DNA of 64,000 nucleotides, taken from NCBI RefSeq assembly GCF_018977255.1, contig NW_024704742.1, forward strand, positions 32,862,001 to 32,926,000, in the 5' to 3' direction. Under the pieces are notes generated by a model. The model searched no databases. It saw only the letters and a program-made list of their open reading frames with translations, and had not been told where the DNA came from. Source of the stretch: Callorhinchus milii. Lineage: Eukaryota. Below, one piece after another: positions 48,136-60,575 of this stretch. A program made the position numbers and the translations under genes. The number at the start of each line of letters is the position of its first letter. The first letter of the stretch is position 1.

Positions 48136-50865
48136 AAAAACTCTGATCTGTTGTTGCTACTAATGCTATATCTCAACACTTCCCCTCGTCCATAAGTAAA
48201 TCTTTCCCTTTATTATAATATTTGTCCTATCAACTTTTGTATGCCATAGTTGCCTCATTCCCTAAGAAGTACAAATTGTGCCTTTCAGGATATGTATTTA
48301 GTGTGTAATCCCATTACCTACTAAATTCTTTCCATCCTATGTTAGACAATTCTTTCCTTGTTCCTTTTTTGAAGTCAACATGATTTCAGTCAGATTGACA
48401 ACTGAAAAGCACTTTATCGCCTTAGCTGCATCATAGCTACTGGCAAAGGCACCTGGGATGTAAAGAGTGCTTTCTCCAGGGAATTTCCTGTACATAAGGT
48501 AAATTTTGAGACTTTGGTTAAGATGAGATCACAAGATCACAAGAGAGGTTCAGATGAAGAATACCATTCAGCCCATTTCATCTCATCCTATCCAGAATAC
48601 CAACCCTTCTGTATTCCCATTATTGTATCACTCTGTTTCTTAAATGACTCCAGCATCCTGGCCTCAACCAGCCTTCCTCTCAGGTTCTTGTCAAGGTTTC
48701 AAAACGTTGGATGCCATACAGAGGATTCCCTATAAAATGTTGTAGATACTTGGGGAGATAAACCACACAGCAGTTAAACCATTGGAGTACATTTTAGCAC
48801 CATTCTCAATATTTCTAAGGTAGTGAAACCACCATCTATTCCCGATTTATTTCTCATAACAATTTTGGTAGTTTTCTTTGTTGATTTTTAAGATGTTCTT
48901 GATCATATATATATATATTTAATATTTTATATCTATGCAAATATATGTATGCATAAGAGCACTTGGGGTCCTTCGTGACATCACCTCCCTGCCTGCTAGT
49001 CTTTGGACGGTCCCCAGATTTGTTTTAAATAGCAAATGCAGAGTAAAATATATGTTAGTATTGTACAAGATACTGTACAAGATTGGCCAACCGGATACAT
49101 TTTTCTTTATTGAATTTTTCTTTATTTATGGCCGTGCCATGTGTATTGCGGCTCGACAGCTACTGGAAACAAGATGTATTGATTTGGCATAGACTTGCCT
49201 GGACATGTGCAGGTGGGTGTTCAGCGGGCCAATTCTTAATGTCCCAAATGTGGCGGAGGAGTTGAGCAAAAAAACATGAAGTTGGCATTAGAGTAGTTAG
49301 CTCCTTTGGAAAATTGGCATAAAAGCTAGTGGAAAAGTATCTTTGCATTTGATAGAGTGTTTTTCACATCAGGAGGACATCCCAAATCACTTTTAGGATA
49401 TAAATTGATTTATATAGATTTACATAGACTGTACAACGTGGTAATAGGACATTCTGCCCAACCCATCCATGCTGATATTTATACTCCACCTGAGTCTCCA
49501 TCCACTCCTTACCCCCACATCACCTTTCAATTCCCTTCTCCTTCATGTGTATATCTAGCTTCCTCTTAAAAGCAACTATACCACCTGCTTCAACCGTCTC
49601 CAAAGGATTCAGGGAAATAACATGGAAATGACATTAGAGTTAGCTCCGTGAGTCCCACATTGAGACTTTTCAAGGACGCAACAATAGTCTTTCACAATGT
49701 AGAACAAGAATACACAGAAAGAGAAATATGTTGAAGGATGATGGCTAATTGAATTATTATTCCTTAAGAAAGGAAGAAATTGAACAAATGGCCAGTGTCA
49801 TGATGAAAGCTTCATTGGTATAAAGCTCACTAGTAATTCTTAACTTGAACAATGATCTATTGTTTGTTCTCAGAGTTACATGCCTTTGCACATATTACCA
49901 TTCAATTATACTGATGGTCTCTTCCATTGCTTTCACTAGCCAGCAAATTTGCAAAGCAACCAAACCCAAATTTGTTTTTTTTATGTAAACTGTTTAAAAC
50001 TTAATTTCTGTTACCAAATAAGATTTTGCATTATTGTTTTTCTGACATTTTATCTCAGCGTATGTTACATGTGCTCAAGGAGCAAAAATGTAGCAAGTGC
50101 TCAAACCACGCAAAGTTTAGTTGCGACATCCATACACATTTTTGAGTCGCAATACAGTGAACCACTTTAGAAATCAAAATATTTCAAAACAAATTGCAAA
50201 TGAAATCAGTTACCATCTCTTTCTTGCAATAGGAGCCCTTTGAGCAATGCATTTATTGTGCAACCTTCAAAGATTAAATGTTGTGAGTGCTTCCTTTCTC
50301 AAGGTCCCAACTACTGTCACCAGAGCTCCTTCTTTAACTGGGAGAACACAGTGATCTGGACTGCACTGTCCTCCACGGCTACTATAAATGTTACTATAAG
50401 AATAGTTGACAAGCATTACCTTTGTATGCCATCAGGCCACGTTTTGTCTCTCTTCTCCAAAGGTGGAATACTCCGCTCTCAATAAATACTTTATTCAGTA
50501 AACCAGCCAGTAATTAATGAACCTTACCAAAAGAAGGGAATCTGAGTTCACCTCCCAGATTAGGCAATCATTGACGACTACTATCATTGGAAACCTTGTG
50601 AGGATGGCCCAGGGTTTCTTTTCACATCCTTTACAGATCCTTATTCCTTTTGGGGATGACCCAACCTGCTGTGAGATTGAGAAAGTCAGACAAGATCTGA
50701 AGTCATTGTGGGGCTAGACTGGACAGGAGCGCACACCTTTCTGCAAACTGGCCGACAGCACAATTTGAACAGATGTAGTGTGCTGGGTTCTATCCTTCTT
50801 TGCTCTGTGGATAGTGAAGGATTGCTTTGTGTATTCTAGGGGTATTTCTTCCTGATGTGTAGATA

Positions 50866-51042
50866 ATTTTCATTGTTTTTTTTACAGTCCAGAGATCTTG
50901 TGTAGGTAGGATGAAAAGAAAAAGCAGGGCAGGCAATACGTTAGCCTTCTCCCTCGATAAGGCTAACGTATTGCCTGCCCTGCATTTTATTTTCATCCAA
51001 CCTACACAAGATCTCTGGATTGTAAAAAAAACCAATGAAAAT
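50866..51042. repeat. Long near-perfect inverted repeat (83/84-bp arms, 10-nt loop)
   Basis: 50866-50948 is the reverse complement of 50959-51042 with 4 mismatches and a 1-nt indel; the inner 25 bp are perfect. Confidence 0.95.
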
Positions 51043-51050
51043 AGTTTTTC

Positions 51051-51150
51051 CCCGACAAACGGCCATGGACCGGAAAGTTGACTCACTTTACTTTTTCCAT
51101 AGATGCTGCCTGACCTGCTGAGTGTTCCCAGCGACTTCTGTTTTTGTTTG
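51051..51150 (+). mobile_element. Penelope-like terminal repeat remnant with decayed minimal hammerhead core
   Basis: AGATGCTGCCTGACCTGCTGAGT...CCAGC...TTCTGTTTTTGTTT preceded by CCGACAAA-CGGCC-ATG-GACCG-GAAAG; resemblance recalled from memory, not searched. Confidence 0.45.
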
Positions 51151-51164
51151 CCTTATCCCTCGGT

Positions 51165-51770
51165 TCTGGATGTGCTGGAGTGTGTTAACGTGGGGCTGGT
51201 TCACTGTAAACCAGGCAGGTTGGCCATACTCCAGCATTGGGTGGATGTATGCTCTGTATAGTCTGAGGATGTTTTTTGCGCTAACACCATTCTTCCTTCC
51301 ACAAAGGTTCAGAAGTCAATTCAGCCATACCGACATCCAGGTCACATTCCTTTGAAAGGTTATTCCCAGGAACTTCTGCTTTTTCGTGATTTGGATAGGT
51401 TTTGAAGTCAGTTCAACACTCACCTCCTCCTTGTTGTGTTTGGTTCTCTTGGAGAAGAGTATGCTCTGCAATTTCCTTGGGTTTCATGTGATTCTTCATT
51501 GGCATTCCCACTCTTCCAGGTCATCAAGGCACTTCTGCATTTTATCCGATGCGATAGCTGAGCTTGTGGATGAGACTCAGGTGGCATTGTTATTTGCAAA
51601 CTGCGAGCAGGCCCCAACCCTTTGCTCACCTATTGGTGTCATTGACATAAATTAGGAACAAAAGAGGTCTGAGAACAGATCCTTGAGGCATGCTGCCTTT
51701 GGGCAGAATTTCTTGGAAATCCTTGAGCCCACTTTGACATTTACCATCACCTCTATGTCCTCAGTACACT
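51165..51770 (-). mobile_element. Highly degenerate RT fragment, possibly I/Jockey/Nimb group
   Basis: Minus strand gives MPQGSVLRPLLFLIYVND, SQFANN (decayed FADD), KFLGITF and YRAYIHPMLEYG motifs with frameshifts. Confidence 0.7.
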
Positions 51771-52956
51771 GCTGCATGGCTTGTTCCAGGAAAGAGGACA
51801 ACTTGGGTCAGTGGTTGCAGAACGTCCCTTGTTCTCCTGTTGCATCTTCCTGCGGCCAGATGGGTAAGGAAATGGGTAGTTTTGTGGGTGTTAGAAAACT
51901 ATTTATGCTCTGTCATTTGAAGAAGAAAGCTCGAACAAGAGGCTGACAACAATGTCTTGCCTACCAAATCACTATTATGCATGTTGAAGTGCTTAGCATA
52001 TCATTGAAACTGATATGACACATCCACTGGAAAACCTCCTGGAAACTGTATGGCACTAACTGTGTACAAGGCTGGTTAAATCACCATCCGCATGATTTCA
52101 CCTTTCCCTGCAGGAGATGTGCAGGTTGTTTACAGTCGCAGACACCAGCCTGGAGCCACCTGAAAGCAGAGGTAGATTCACCACTTATCAGAATGGGGAA
52201 GGGGGCAGTTTGGAGGTGACAAGTTCAGTCATGTCCTGTTGGATGGGGAGACCTGCAGCCACATAACCACTGTTGCCCCCATTCCATCACCGAAGAGTGT
52301 ACCATATAACGATTTTGAGGAGGCTGAGGGCAATTGCTTAGATCTGCAGGCTGTGTTGGGGAAGTTTCCAAGGATGGGGCATCCCACGCTATGGCTATTG
52401 ATTCAGGAAAGAAAATTCTTTGAATAATGATTATATATTTTTGCATTAGGTGGCACAACAAGAGGTCACAACTGGAGACACGTGTAATGAGGGTAGCAGG
52501 CACAGGAAATTGCCCCTGATGGTGTTGGAAGCATTGAGAGATTTGGGGAAACTATGTCGGGATATCAGATGGGTTTCCCCAAATGTTTCTTGTAGACTAT
52601 AATAATAACAATAATGCATGATTCACAAATTTATAATTCAGCACAAGTTAGTTAACTTTCATTTCTGGATTCAATCGATCAGTTTGCTGTTCACATGTAT
52701 TTTGTTTCTCCGCATTGCCTCTCACACAATTGTATGAGGCACATTCATGGCCCGCCTGTCATAAGTTGGTGCCCACCCAAATTTCCACTCCTAGCTACAC
52801 CACTGCCTTTAACTGTGGAATTAAAAGAAGAATTAAAACCAACCCCAACTGAGCACAAACAACTGTTCCTCCTGTTTACAGCATTTCATCTGCAATGACT
52901 CACATTCATATTGTGTCCTTCGTGAAGGATAATGTGTTTAATAGTGATATGGTCGT

Positions 52957-53256
52957 GGAGTCCTTTGGCTCAGTGGTTAGAGCACTCGCCTTGCAAGTGA
53001 GACACCTGGATTTAATTCCAGCCAGGGCGAAACCTTGGGCAAGTTTCCTTACCCCATATGCCTAATAATAGTCCCTCCAAAACAAAACAATAAAAATGTG
53101 GTCATTTTCAATCCACGACTGCTGTGCGCAATTGGCTGCCGCGTTTCGCTCACAAGTATACAGTCAATTCACTTTCCAGCATATTCTGTGAAGCACTTTG
53201 AGACATCTAGAAGACGTAAAAAGCGCTACATCAAATGCAGGGATTATTATTATTAT
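52957..53256 (+). mobile_element. tRNA-derived SINE
   Basis: Full head-to-tail match with small deletions. Confidence 0.9.
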
Positions 53257-54371
53257 GGTGAGACCCTGAGCAAAAGAGAAGGGGAGACAGAGGGGAAAAT
53301 GGGAGGTAATCATAGGAATGATCAAAGAGGTAGGTTTTAATAAGGAATTTACAGACAGACAGACAGACAGACAGAGCGAGAGAGAGGGGTGCTGAGACAG
53401 AAGGATAGAGGGAGGCCATTCCTGAGGTAAGGGAACTCAACTTATATTCAGGTGTCATATACAGGAAAGGGGATGATCCATTCTATGTAAAATGATCCCT
53501 GCCATGTTGACCATTAAAAAAAACTAGAATTGAAAAGTGACAATTTAATTGTTTTTGCTAGAAGTTGTTCACTTCACCTATATTTTGAATTGATAACTTT
53601 GTCATTCTGCAGCACAAAGTTGCCCTAAGCCAACCTAAGTGAATACTATCAAATCCAAAGCAACAACTCTGATGCAAATATACCTACAAGGTTGACAACA
53701 AGCAGAAGAGAAAGATAGGAAAGAGGACTGTCAAGCTCCATAACACTTAGATGAATGATTTATAAAGACTGCACTGTGAAGCACAAGGAGGATATTGTTT
53801 AGCTCACCAAATGACACCAGCTCATTAAGCTCCACTGGAATCCACTTTAGAAATACTATCCAAGCAGACCGGAACATATCCTTGATACCATGCAGTTAAA
53901 ATTATGTGATAGCAGAGACTAACTAAGCTTAGTTATTTGATGGGAATAATGGAAGTAATTGGCATATTAATTGCTATCACACTAAATAAACAAGGTGGTT
54001 GATATTACCTTGTGTGGTTGCAATGTGAAACATGACAAGTTCAAGGGTTAAAACAAACACAAGAACTATGCACTGATTCGCAGCAAACTATAAGACACAA
54101 ATGGAAAGGTGTTACATACAGTCTAGGCTGGCATTCCAGTACAGTACTGGGGGTAGTGTTGCATTGTCAGAGATTTTCTGTTTAATGTTTTGAATCTTCT
54201 GTTCAAATTAAAGATCTCTTGACATTACTTAAAAGGAGTGGGAATGCCAGTGTCCAGATGGTCATTTATCTCATGGATGTTGATGAACCTTGCTAGGACA
54301 AATGGATACCAGGTTTGCCTACAAAATCAGTCACTACACTTGACAGTTGTTATATATGAAACACATGAGGT

Positions 54372-54734
54372 GGAGTCCTGTCGCTCAGTTGGAGCACTAG
54401 CCTAGCAAGCGAGAGGACCGGGTTTGATTCCGGGCAGGGCGAAATGTTGGGCAAGTTTCCTTACTCCACACGCCTTTGGTTACCTAGCAGTAAGTAGGAA
54501 CCCGGTTGTTAGTTGATTGGCGGATCACTTTTCTGGGAGAAATGATCACTTTTTTTAAAAAAATGTGGTCACTCAATCCACGACTGTTTGTGGGACACTG
54601 CTGTACGCAATTGTCTGTTGTGTTTCGCCCACAAAATATACAATCAATTCACTTTACAGTACATTCTGTGAAGCACTTTGAGATGTCTCGAATACATGAT
54701 AAGGTGCTATATCAAATACAACGATTATTATTAT
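54372..54734 (+). mobile_element. tRNA-derived SINE, long subfamily, nested in the tail of an old Deu-type SINE (~54120-54760)
   Basis: Central TTACCTAGCAGTAAGTAGGAACCCGGTTGTTAGTTGATTG segment. Confidence 0.9.
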
Positions 54735-56109
54735 GAGATGTTGCAATGATTAAATGCTATAAAGGTTCACCCGCAAAATACTTTACAGTATTATCCCATG
54801 AAGCACTTGGAGTCGTCCTTCTCACATGAAAGGTGCTATACCAAATGTAAGGATTATTTTTATTATTAAAAGTCAGATTCCCTCTTTAGTTATTTCTTTC
54901 ATCGTAAAATCAGGTCCATTGCATGGATTTACAAGTTCTACTGTTCCTTCAGAATTACCTGCTTTTCTTCATTGGTACCCACTTATATTATGCAGTTATG
55001 CACCCAGCGCCTTGGGACATCCTCTCGATGTGAAAGGCGCTATACAAATGTAATTTTGTATTATTTTGTATTGTGCATCCAGCTGCCTCATATTAAGCAA
55101 TGTTGTATTACATGGACAAAGAGTTACAAAATTATCGGACTTTTAAACTGTGTTTTGCAACTGCTCATCCTGATGGGTCAAGGCAAGGAAATAGTTTAGT
55201 AACATAACATTTCTTCTCACTTTGTTTCACTTTTAATATTGATTTTGTGTGATGCTACATATCCTATCAAAACGTGAAAGACGTTCTATAAATGTAAATT
55301 GTATTGTATGTGAATGTTCGCACAAAGATCAGAAGAAAGGACAGAAATCATGGAATCAAAGCCTATTCTTCCCTTGAATAGCCTCTCCATGGGAAATCGA
55401 GACCAACCTCTTAGGGGACGGAGGGGTGGAATAAGTGTGTTTTCCTTGGAGATCTGAGAACTGGCACTTTGGGACGTCCTCCCGATGTGAAAGGCGCTCT
55501 ATAAATGGAATTTTGTTGTTGTTGTTGGAGCTCAGCTGACTCCATTTTGAAGTGTTTGGCAATGAAGTGTTGGAATTGGGTCAAACCAAAGTGGCAGTCT
55601 CAGTAGTCTGATTCCTGAGGGAGGTGAGTCTGCAGTCTCAAAGTACTTCACAAACTATACTGTAAAGTGAATTGACTGTATACAACAAGATTCCATTTAT
55701 TTTGTGGGTGAAATGTAGCAGCCAATTGCGCACAGCAGTGTCCCCCATACAGTCGTGAACAATTATGCGGTTTTAGTTGGTTAAATTTCAGTAGTACCCC
55801 AACTGCTACAGAAGGCTGCTCTGATTCCATGATTTTATTGCCTAGCACATCACCTTGGAGCCAGCTCAGTTCCAAAAGACCCAGATTACATCCCCCCCAT
55901 CCCCTGAGACAGTTACTAGTTGATCATTTGACATATGACAAGTGGAGTTTTGACCCCCTCACTAGGCGAGTAGGGATGTGTGTCTGGGATATGAACAGGA
56001 AGATGGTGGCAGTGCTCTCACATATTTCATGTTTTGCTGTGATGCCCACCAGGAAGCTCGCAGGAAGCTCCTGATACCAGCCATCCACCTAGTGAGGGCT
56101 CAAACCTGC

Positions 56110-56560
56110 GCTTACTGAATGCAGATCATTCTGCAGCTCGTATCCTCTTCCGCACCAAGCTTTGTAAACCTATCACCCTCACCCTTGCCCAGCTCCACTG
56201 GCTCCCCATTCCTCAGAGGATAGAGTTCAGTATTAAATTACCTTGCTTTCAAAGCCCTCCACTGCTTTGCTCTTCCCTACCTCCGTGACTTGCTAACTCC
56301 ATACAAACCTGTCCCTGCCTCCACTCAGCAGAATCCGGCCTGCTACATGTATCCCTCCCTCTCCGCCCGCCCCACAGTCGGCAGTTGGGCCTTCAGTTTT
56401 TCTGCACCCCATCTTTTGGAACTCAAACCCACAGTGCCTTCACCTCACCACCTCCATCAAGACCCTTCTGTTGGACTGCACCTTTGGTCACTCTTCTACC
56501 CTCTAGAACCCTGGGAGTCCCGATGTGAAGGCGCTACACACATGTAATTTGTTGTTGTTA
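56110..56560 (+). mobile_element. L2 3' fragment
   Basis: SAARILFRT...ITLTLAQLHWLPIPQRIEF, tail GAAGGCGCT...(TTG)n. Confidence 0.8.
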
Positions 56561-56624
56561 TCAAATGAACAGTAGTGACTATCCTCCTGGGGGTGGGGGG
56601 TGGGGTGGGGAGGTAAACAGGGTC

Positions 56625-57020
56625 TCCTTGGAGCCGCACTGGCCTTGTACAGGAGAGAATACAGACTGCAGCATTTTGGATGAACTGTGAAGCTAGGGAA
56701 GACATGCATAGAGTATTCAAGGTGACAAGGGTCTGGATGAGGATTTCAGTAACTGAGGTGGTGAGGTGTGGGTATGAATGGACAATGTTCCAGAGGTGGA
56801 AAGGGAGGTTTTTTCTCTCTCAATGGACTGATTGTGGGGTTTAAAGACAACTGGAGATCAAGCAGAACGGCAAGATTGGGCACTTGTTGATTTGGTTTGA
56901 GTCAGCTGGAGTCAAAGCTATATGCCAGAAGGTAGCCGCCAAAACAAACATGGTGGCTTCAGGTTTGTTGGTGAGCTGAAACAAGTTCAGGTTTTTCAAG
57001 GCTTTTTGTCTGACTGGCAA
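56625..57020 (-). mobile_element. Degenerate L2 internal fragment
   Basis: QFIQNAAVCILSCTR on minus strand and upstream L2-like sequence. Confidence 0.65.
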
Positions 57021-57934
57021 TTCAGAATGTTTCTAAGCAATTGCACAAAGTTGCTGCTCTGTTCCAAAATATGAGACAGAATGTTTCTCAGGTTGCACAA
57101 AGACTAATAAATAGTAGCTCAATTGTTATATTCTCACCCATCAGTCTTTGCACATAGTTGTAACCATTTTCATTGTTGTTTTATTGAGGCAGTGCGGAGT
57201 AACTACAATATGTTTGCCTGGGAAGGCGGAGGAAGGCATCTTGTAATTTTAGGCAACATTTCTTAATAAAGAAAACATTTTTCACTGCATTGAGGCCAGG
57301 AATAAAAGCCAGTGAGATGACGTTTTGTTCAGTCCTATCTAGGATCAAAGCAGTTAGCTGTTGTTTCATAAAGTACAAAGAAAGGGAGGGGAAAGATGAC
57401 TGAAGGGGTACATGTCAAAATGTACCTTGAAAGAAGGGATGAGTGTGGCAGAATGGCTGAAACCTGCCTGCCGATGGTGGGGCAGACAGGGCAGTGTTAT
57501 CAAGGAGGCAAGCATTAGAAAGGTGCACTTCTAGACCTAGGTAGTGGGTGGCTTGGGCTAGAGGGACACAGCCGCCCCAATTCTGTGCACAGCCCACCTC
57601 TTTAAAGGGAGCTGGGAGGGAAAAGCCCTGAGGAGGACCACAGCCCTAATTTGCAGCACCTCTTGCCTCTCTCCCAACTCATCGGCAATGCTTACCCACT
57701 CCCAGTTACACGCGCTGCTCATCAGTGTGTCCTCACCTCTGATTGACCAACGGAACTGTCAATCAAACAATGACTCACCCGGCTTAAATGGGACCGACCC
57801 TTTAACTGCATTTTACTCACCACCCCCCCCCAGTCAATTCATTTTACAGTATATTGTGTGAAACGCTTTGAGACATCTTTAAGACTTGATAAGGCGCTAC
57901 ATCAAATACAAGGGTTATTGTTACTATTTATATA

Positions 57935-58253
57935 TAATATAATAATAATAATCCTTGCATTTGATATAGCGCTTTTCACGTCTTCTAGACGTCCCAAAGC
58001 GCTTCACAGAATACACTGTAAAATGAATTGACTGTATATTTGTGGGCGAACGCGGCAGCCAATTGCGCACAGCAGTGTCCCACAAACAGTCGTAGATTGA
58101 AAATGACCAATTTATTATTTGTTTTGGAAGGGATTATTATTAGGCTCTGTGTGGAGTAAGGAAACTTGCCCAAGGTTTCGCCCTCTGCCTGGAATTGAAC
58201 TCAGGTCTCTCGCTTGCAAAGCGAGTGCTCTAACCACTGAGCTACAGGACTCC
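57935..58253 (-). mobile_element. Young tRNA-derived SINE, tail-to-tail with a truncated plus-strand copy (57831-57925)
   Basis: Full head-to-tail match. Confidence 0.93.
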
Positions 58254-58994
58254 TCGGGATTCCTTTACAGGATTCCTTTATAGGAATAGCACACAAGCTT
58301 CAACCAGGGAAGCCTTTGAATGAACTTTCACATGATAAAAGTATTCTGTTCCAAGCACATTTTAATAGTTTCCCTGTGCTTATGTCACAACTAAACTTGT
58401 CAATTAGTCATTCATTTCATGGATGTTTGTGGGGTATGTCTGTGTGCAAATTACTACACACATTACTAACAAAGTTGAACCTGCATCCAAATTTTCATGT
58501 TGCATATTTGGCCTTGCCAGGAAAATGTGACTTGGCAATTTCAGCTTAGTTTCTCCATCCTTTGTACTGTAAACCACTGCTACAAAATGTAAGACGTTGG
58601 AAGGGATGGGAATTGTATTTCAATCAATTTCTCAGCCTGATCCAAATGTGCACTTTATTCAACCTGACCTCTCACAACTGGCTTCTTCTTTGTTCTTTAG
58701 AAATTGCCATTGATGGTCCCACAACTAATAACAATCCTTGTATTTTATTCAGTGTCTATCACATTAAACTATCTCGAAGTATTTCAAGTGTAGTCACTGT
58801 GTATTTGCAGGAAAATGCAGCACCCAATTCCCACAAAGAGCCTATGAAGTAAATTATGAATTTTTGTGGAGGATTGTTGTCCAGAACATTGGGAGAAACT
58901 CAAATCGCTTCTCAGTGTCATGTCATATTATTAGCCATATAACAGGGAAGCAACTGTAAACACTCTTGGGCTCTTACTTACTTACAAATCAATT

Positions 58995-59630
58995 CATGTC
59001 CCAGCACCTCTCTATCTCTCCAACCTGCTTACACTCCACTCTACTACCCACCCCCTTCGCTCCAGGCTTCTACACATCCCTCGTCCTCTGCACTCCATCG
59101 TGCTTTCAACCACTATGCCCTAAAACTCTGGAAGCCTCTGGCTAAATCCCTTTGCCTTGCCTCATCATTGCACGTCTTCAGATAAAATCTGAAGACCTTC
59201 CTCTTGGACCATGCCTATGGTCACCTGCCCTCTCCTTTTGGCTCATGGTCAAGCTCCAACACTGTTTAATGTTAGGATCAATAATAATAATAATAATAAT
59301 CCTTGCATTTGATATAGCGCTTTTCACGTCGGGAGGACGTCCCAAAGCGCTTCACAGAACACACTGTAAAGTGAATTGACTGTATATTTGTGGGCGAATG
59401 CGGCAGCCAATTGCGCACAGCAATGTCCCACAAACAGTCGTAGATTGAAAATGACCAATTTATTATTGTTTTATTTTGAAGGGATTATTATTAGGCTCTG
59501 TGTGGAGTAAGGAAACTTGCCCAAGGTTTCGCCCTCTGCCTGGAATTGAACTCAGGTCTCTCGCTTCAAAGCGAGTGCTCTAACCACTGAGCTACAGGAC
59601 TCCACAATGTAAGTTGTTGTTGTTGTTGCT
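58995..59630 (+). mobile_element. L2 3' end whose tail is split by the SINE at 59280-59603
   Basis: CTGAAGACCTTCCTCTTGGACCATGCCTATGG body left of the SINE; aatgtaagttg(ttg)n tail right of it. Confidence 0.75.
59280..59603 (-). mobile_element. Young tRNA-derived SINE, short subfamily
   Basis: Full head-to-tail match. Confidence 0.93.
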
Positions 59631-60133
59631 GATCAGTGTGAACTCATCCCCTGAGGTTGGTACCTTGCAACCAACAAGTCCATGTTGGGTACACAGATGG
59701 GTTTTGGTAAATTCCATTCTTAGTAGATTCAAGTCCCATTCAATTCCTTTGGGAGTCCTGATTTTGTATGCAACTTATTTTGAACAATAACATGAGGACA
59801 AACACAACAGCAGAAATGTAACTTGAACAGGTTTCTGAACACCACTTGCTGTGATAATCTTGCCTGTTGCAGTTGTGGGTAATGATCCTAGGCTGGAGAT
59901 GTGCACTGTACTGGCTAAGAGTGATTGCCATGTGTCTCCAATTTACTGTGAACAGTACAGCCTTGAATGTGTCTGCCTTTTCATTAGCTGAAAGATCTAA
60001 CGAAAGGCAGCACCATAATAAACAATGTGTATTCAACCTGTCACTAAAATGTGTAAGAAAGCTATGCAATAATTTGGCAAACAATTTGGCTTTTTAACAT
60101 ATTCTGCAATCTATTCTGTGCAAGTCACTCTAT

Positions 60134-60273
60134 GGTTTCAGCTGGTTAGACTCCAGCAACATCCCATCGCACACACTGGAGTCCCCAAGCTTTGGCTCTT
60201 GCCAACCTGCACTGAAGACGGTTTGAAATTAGAAAAACAGGGTGCGTCCCTCCAGGGAGAGAGCGCGAACTCC
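60134..60273 (+). mobile_element. 3' end copy of the (ATTCC)n-tailed element
   Basis: Aligns with 7484-7632 (minus) and more weakly with 2600-2714. Confidence 0.75.
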
Positions 60274-60274
60274 A

Positions 60275-60575
60275 AAAACAACAACATTTATATAGCACTT
60301 TTCAGGTCGGGAGGATGTCCAGGGTTTGTACCTGAGCTGGAGATATGAGTTGAGAGGGGTGGGGGCGGAAGGCTTGTGGAGGGGGAAATGGCTGAAAGTG
60401 AGGTCAAAGAGGAAGGTCTTGAGGCAAACCTTGAAGGAGGCGAGGGAAGGGGTGAGTCGTAGTGACTCCAGGGTGGAGTTCCAAGGGGTGAATATGCTGA
60501 AAACCAGACCCTCAATGATGGAACGGGTAGGGGAGGGGACTTAAAACAGGCTGAGTGGAGGGACCAAGTGGGTTT
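60275..60575 (-). mobile_element. L2 3' end
   Basis: (CAA)n plus stem-loop complement at 60275-60325; FKVCLKTFLFD-type body. Confidence 0.8.

Noticed and set aside
56110..57020. Twin-priming inversion of one L2
   Set aside because: The inverted piece lies beyond the tail rather than 5' of it, and the two parts differ in their overlap; more likely two insertions.
58180..58253. tRNA-Ala(TGC)-like genes (this and other SINE heads)
   Set aside because: No paired acceptor stem, and each runs directly into SINE body and tail.
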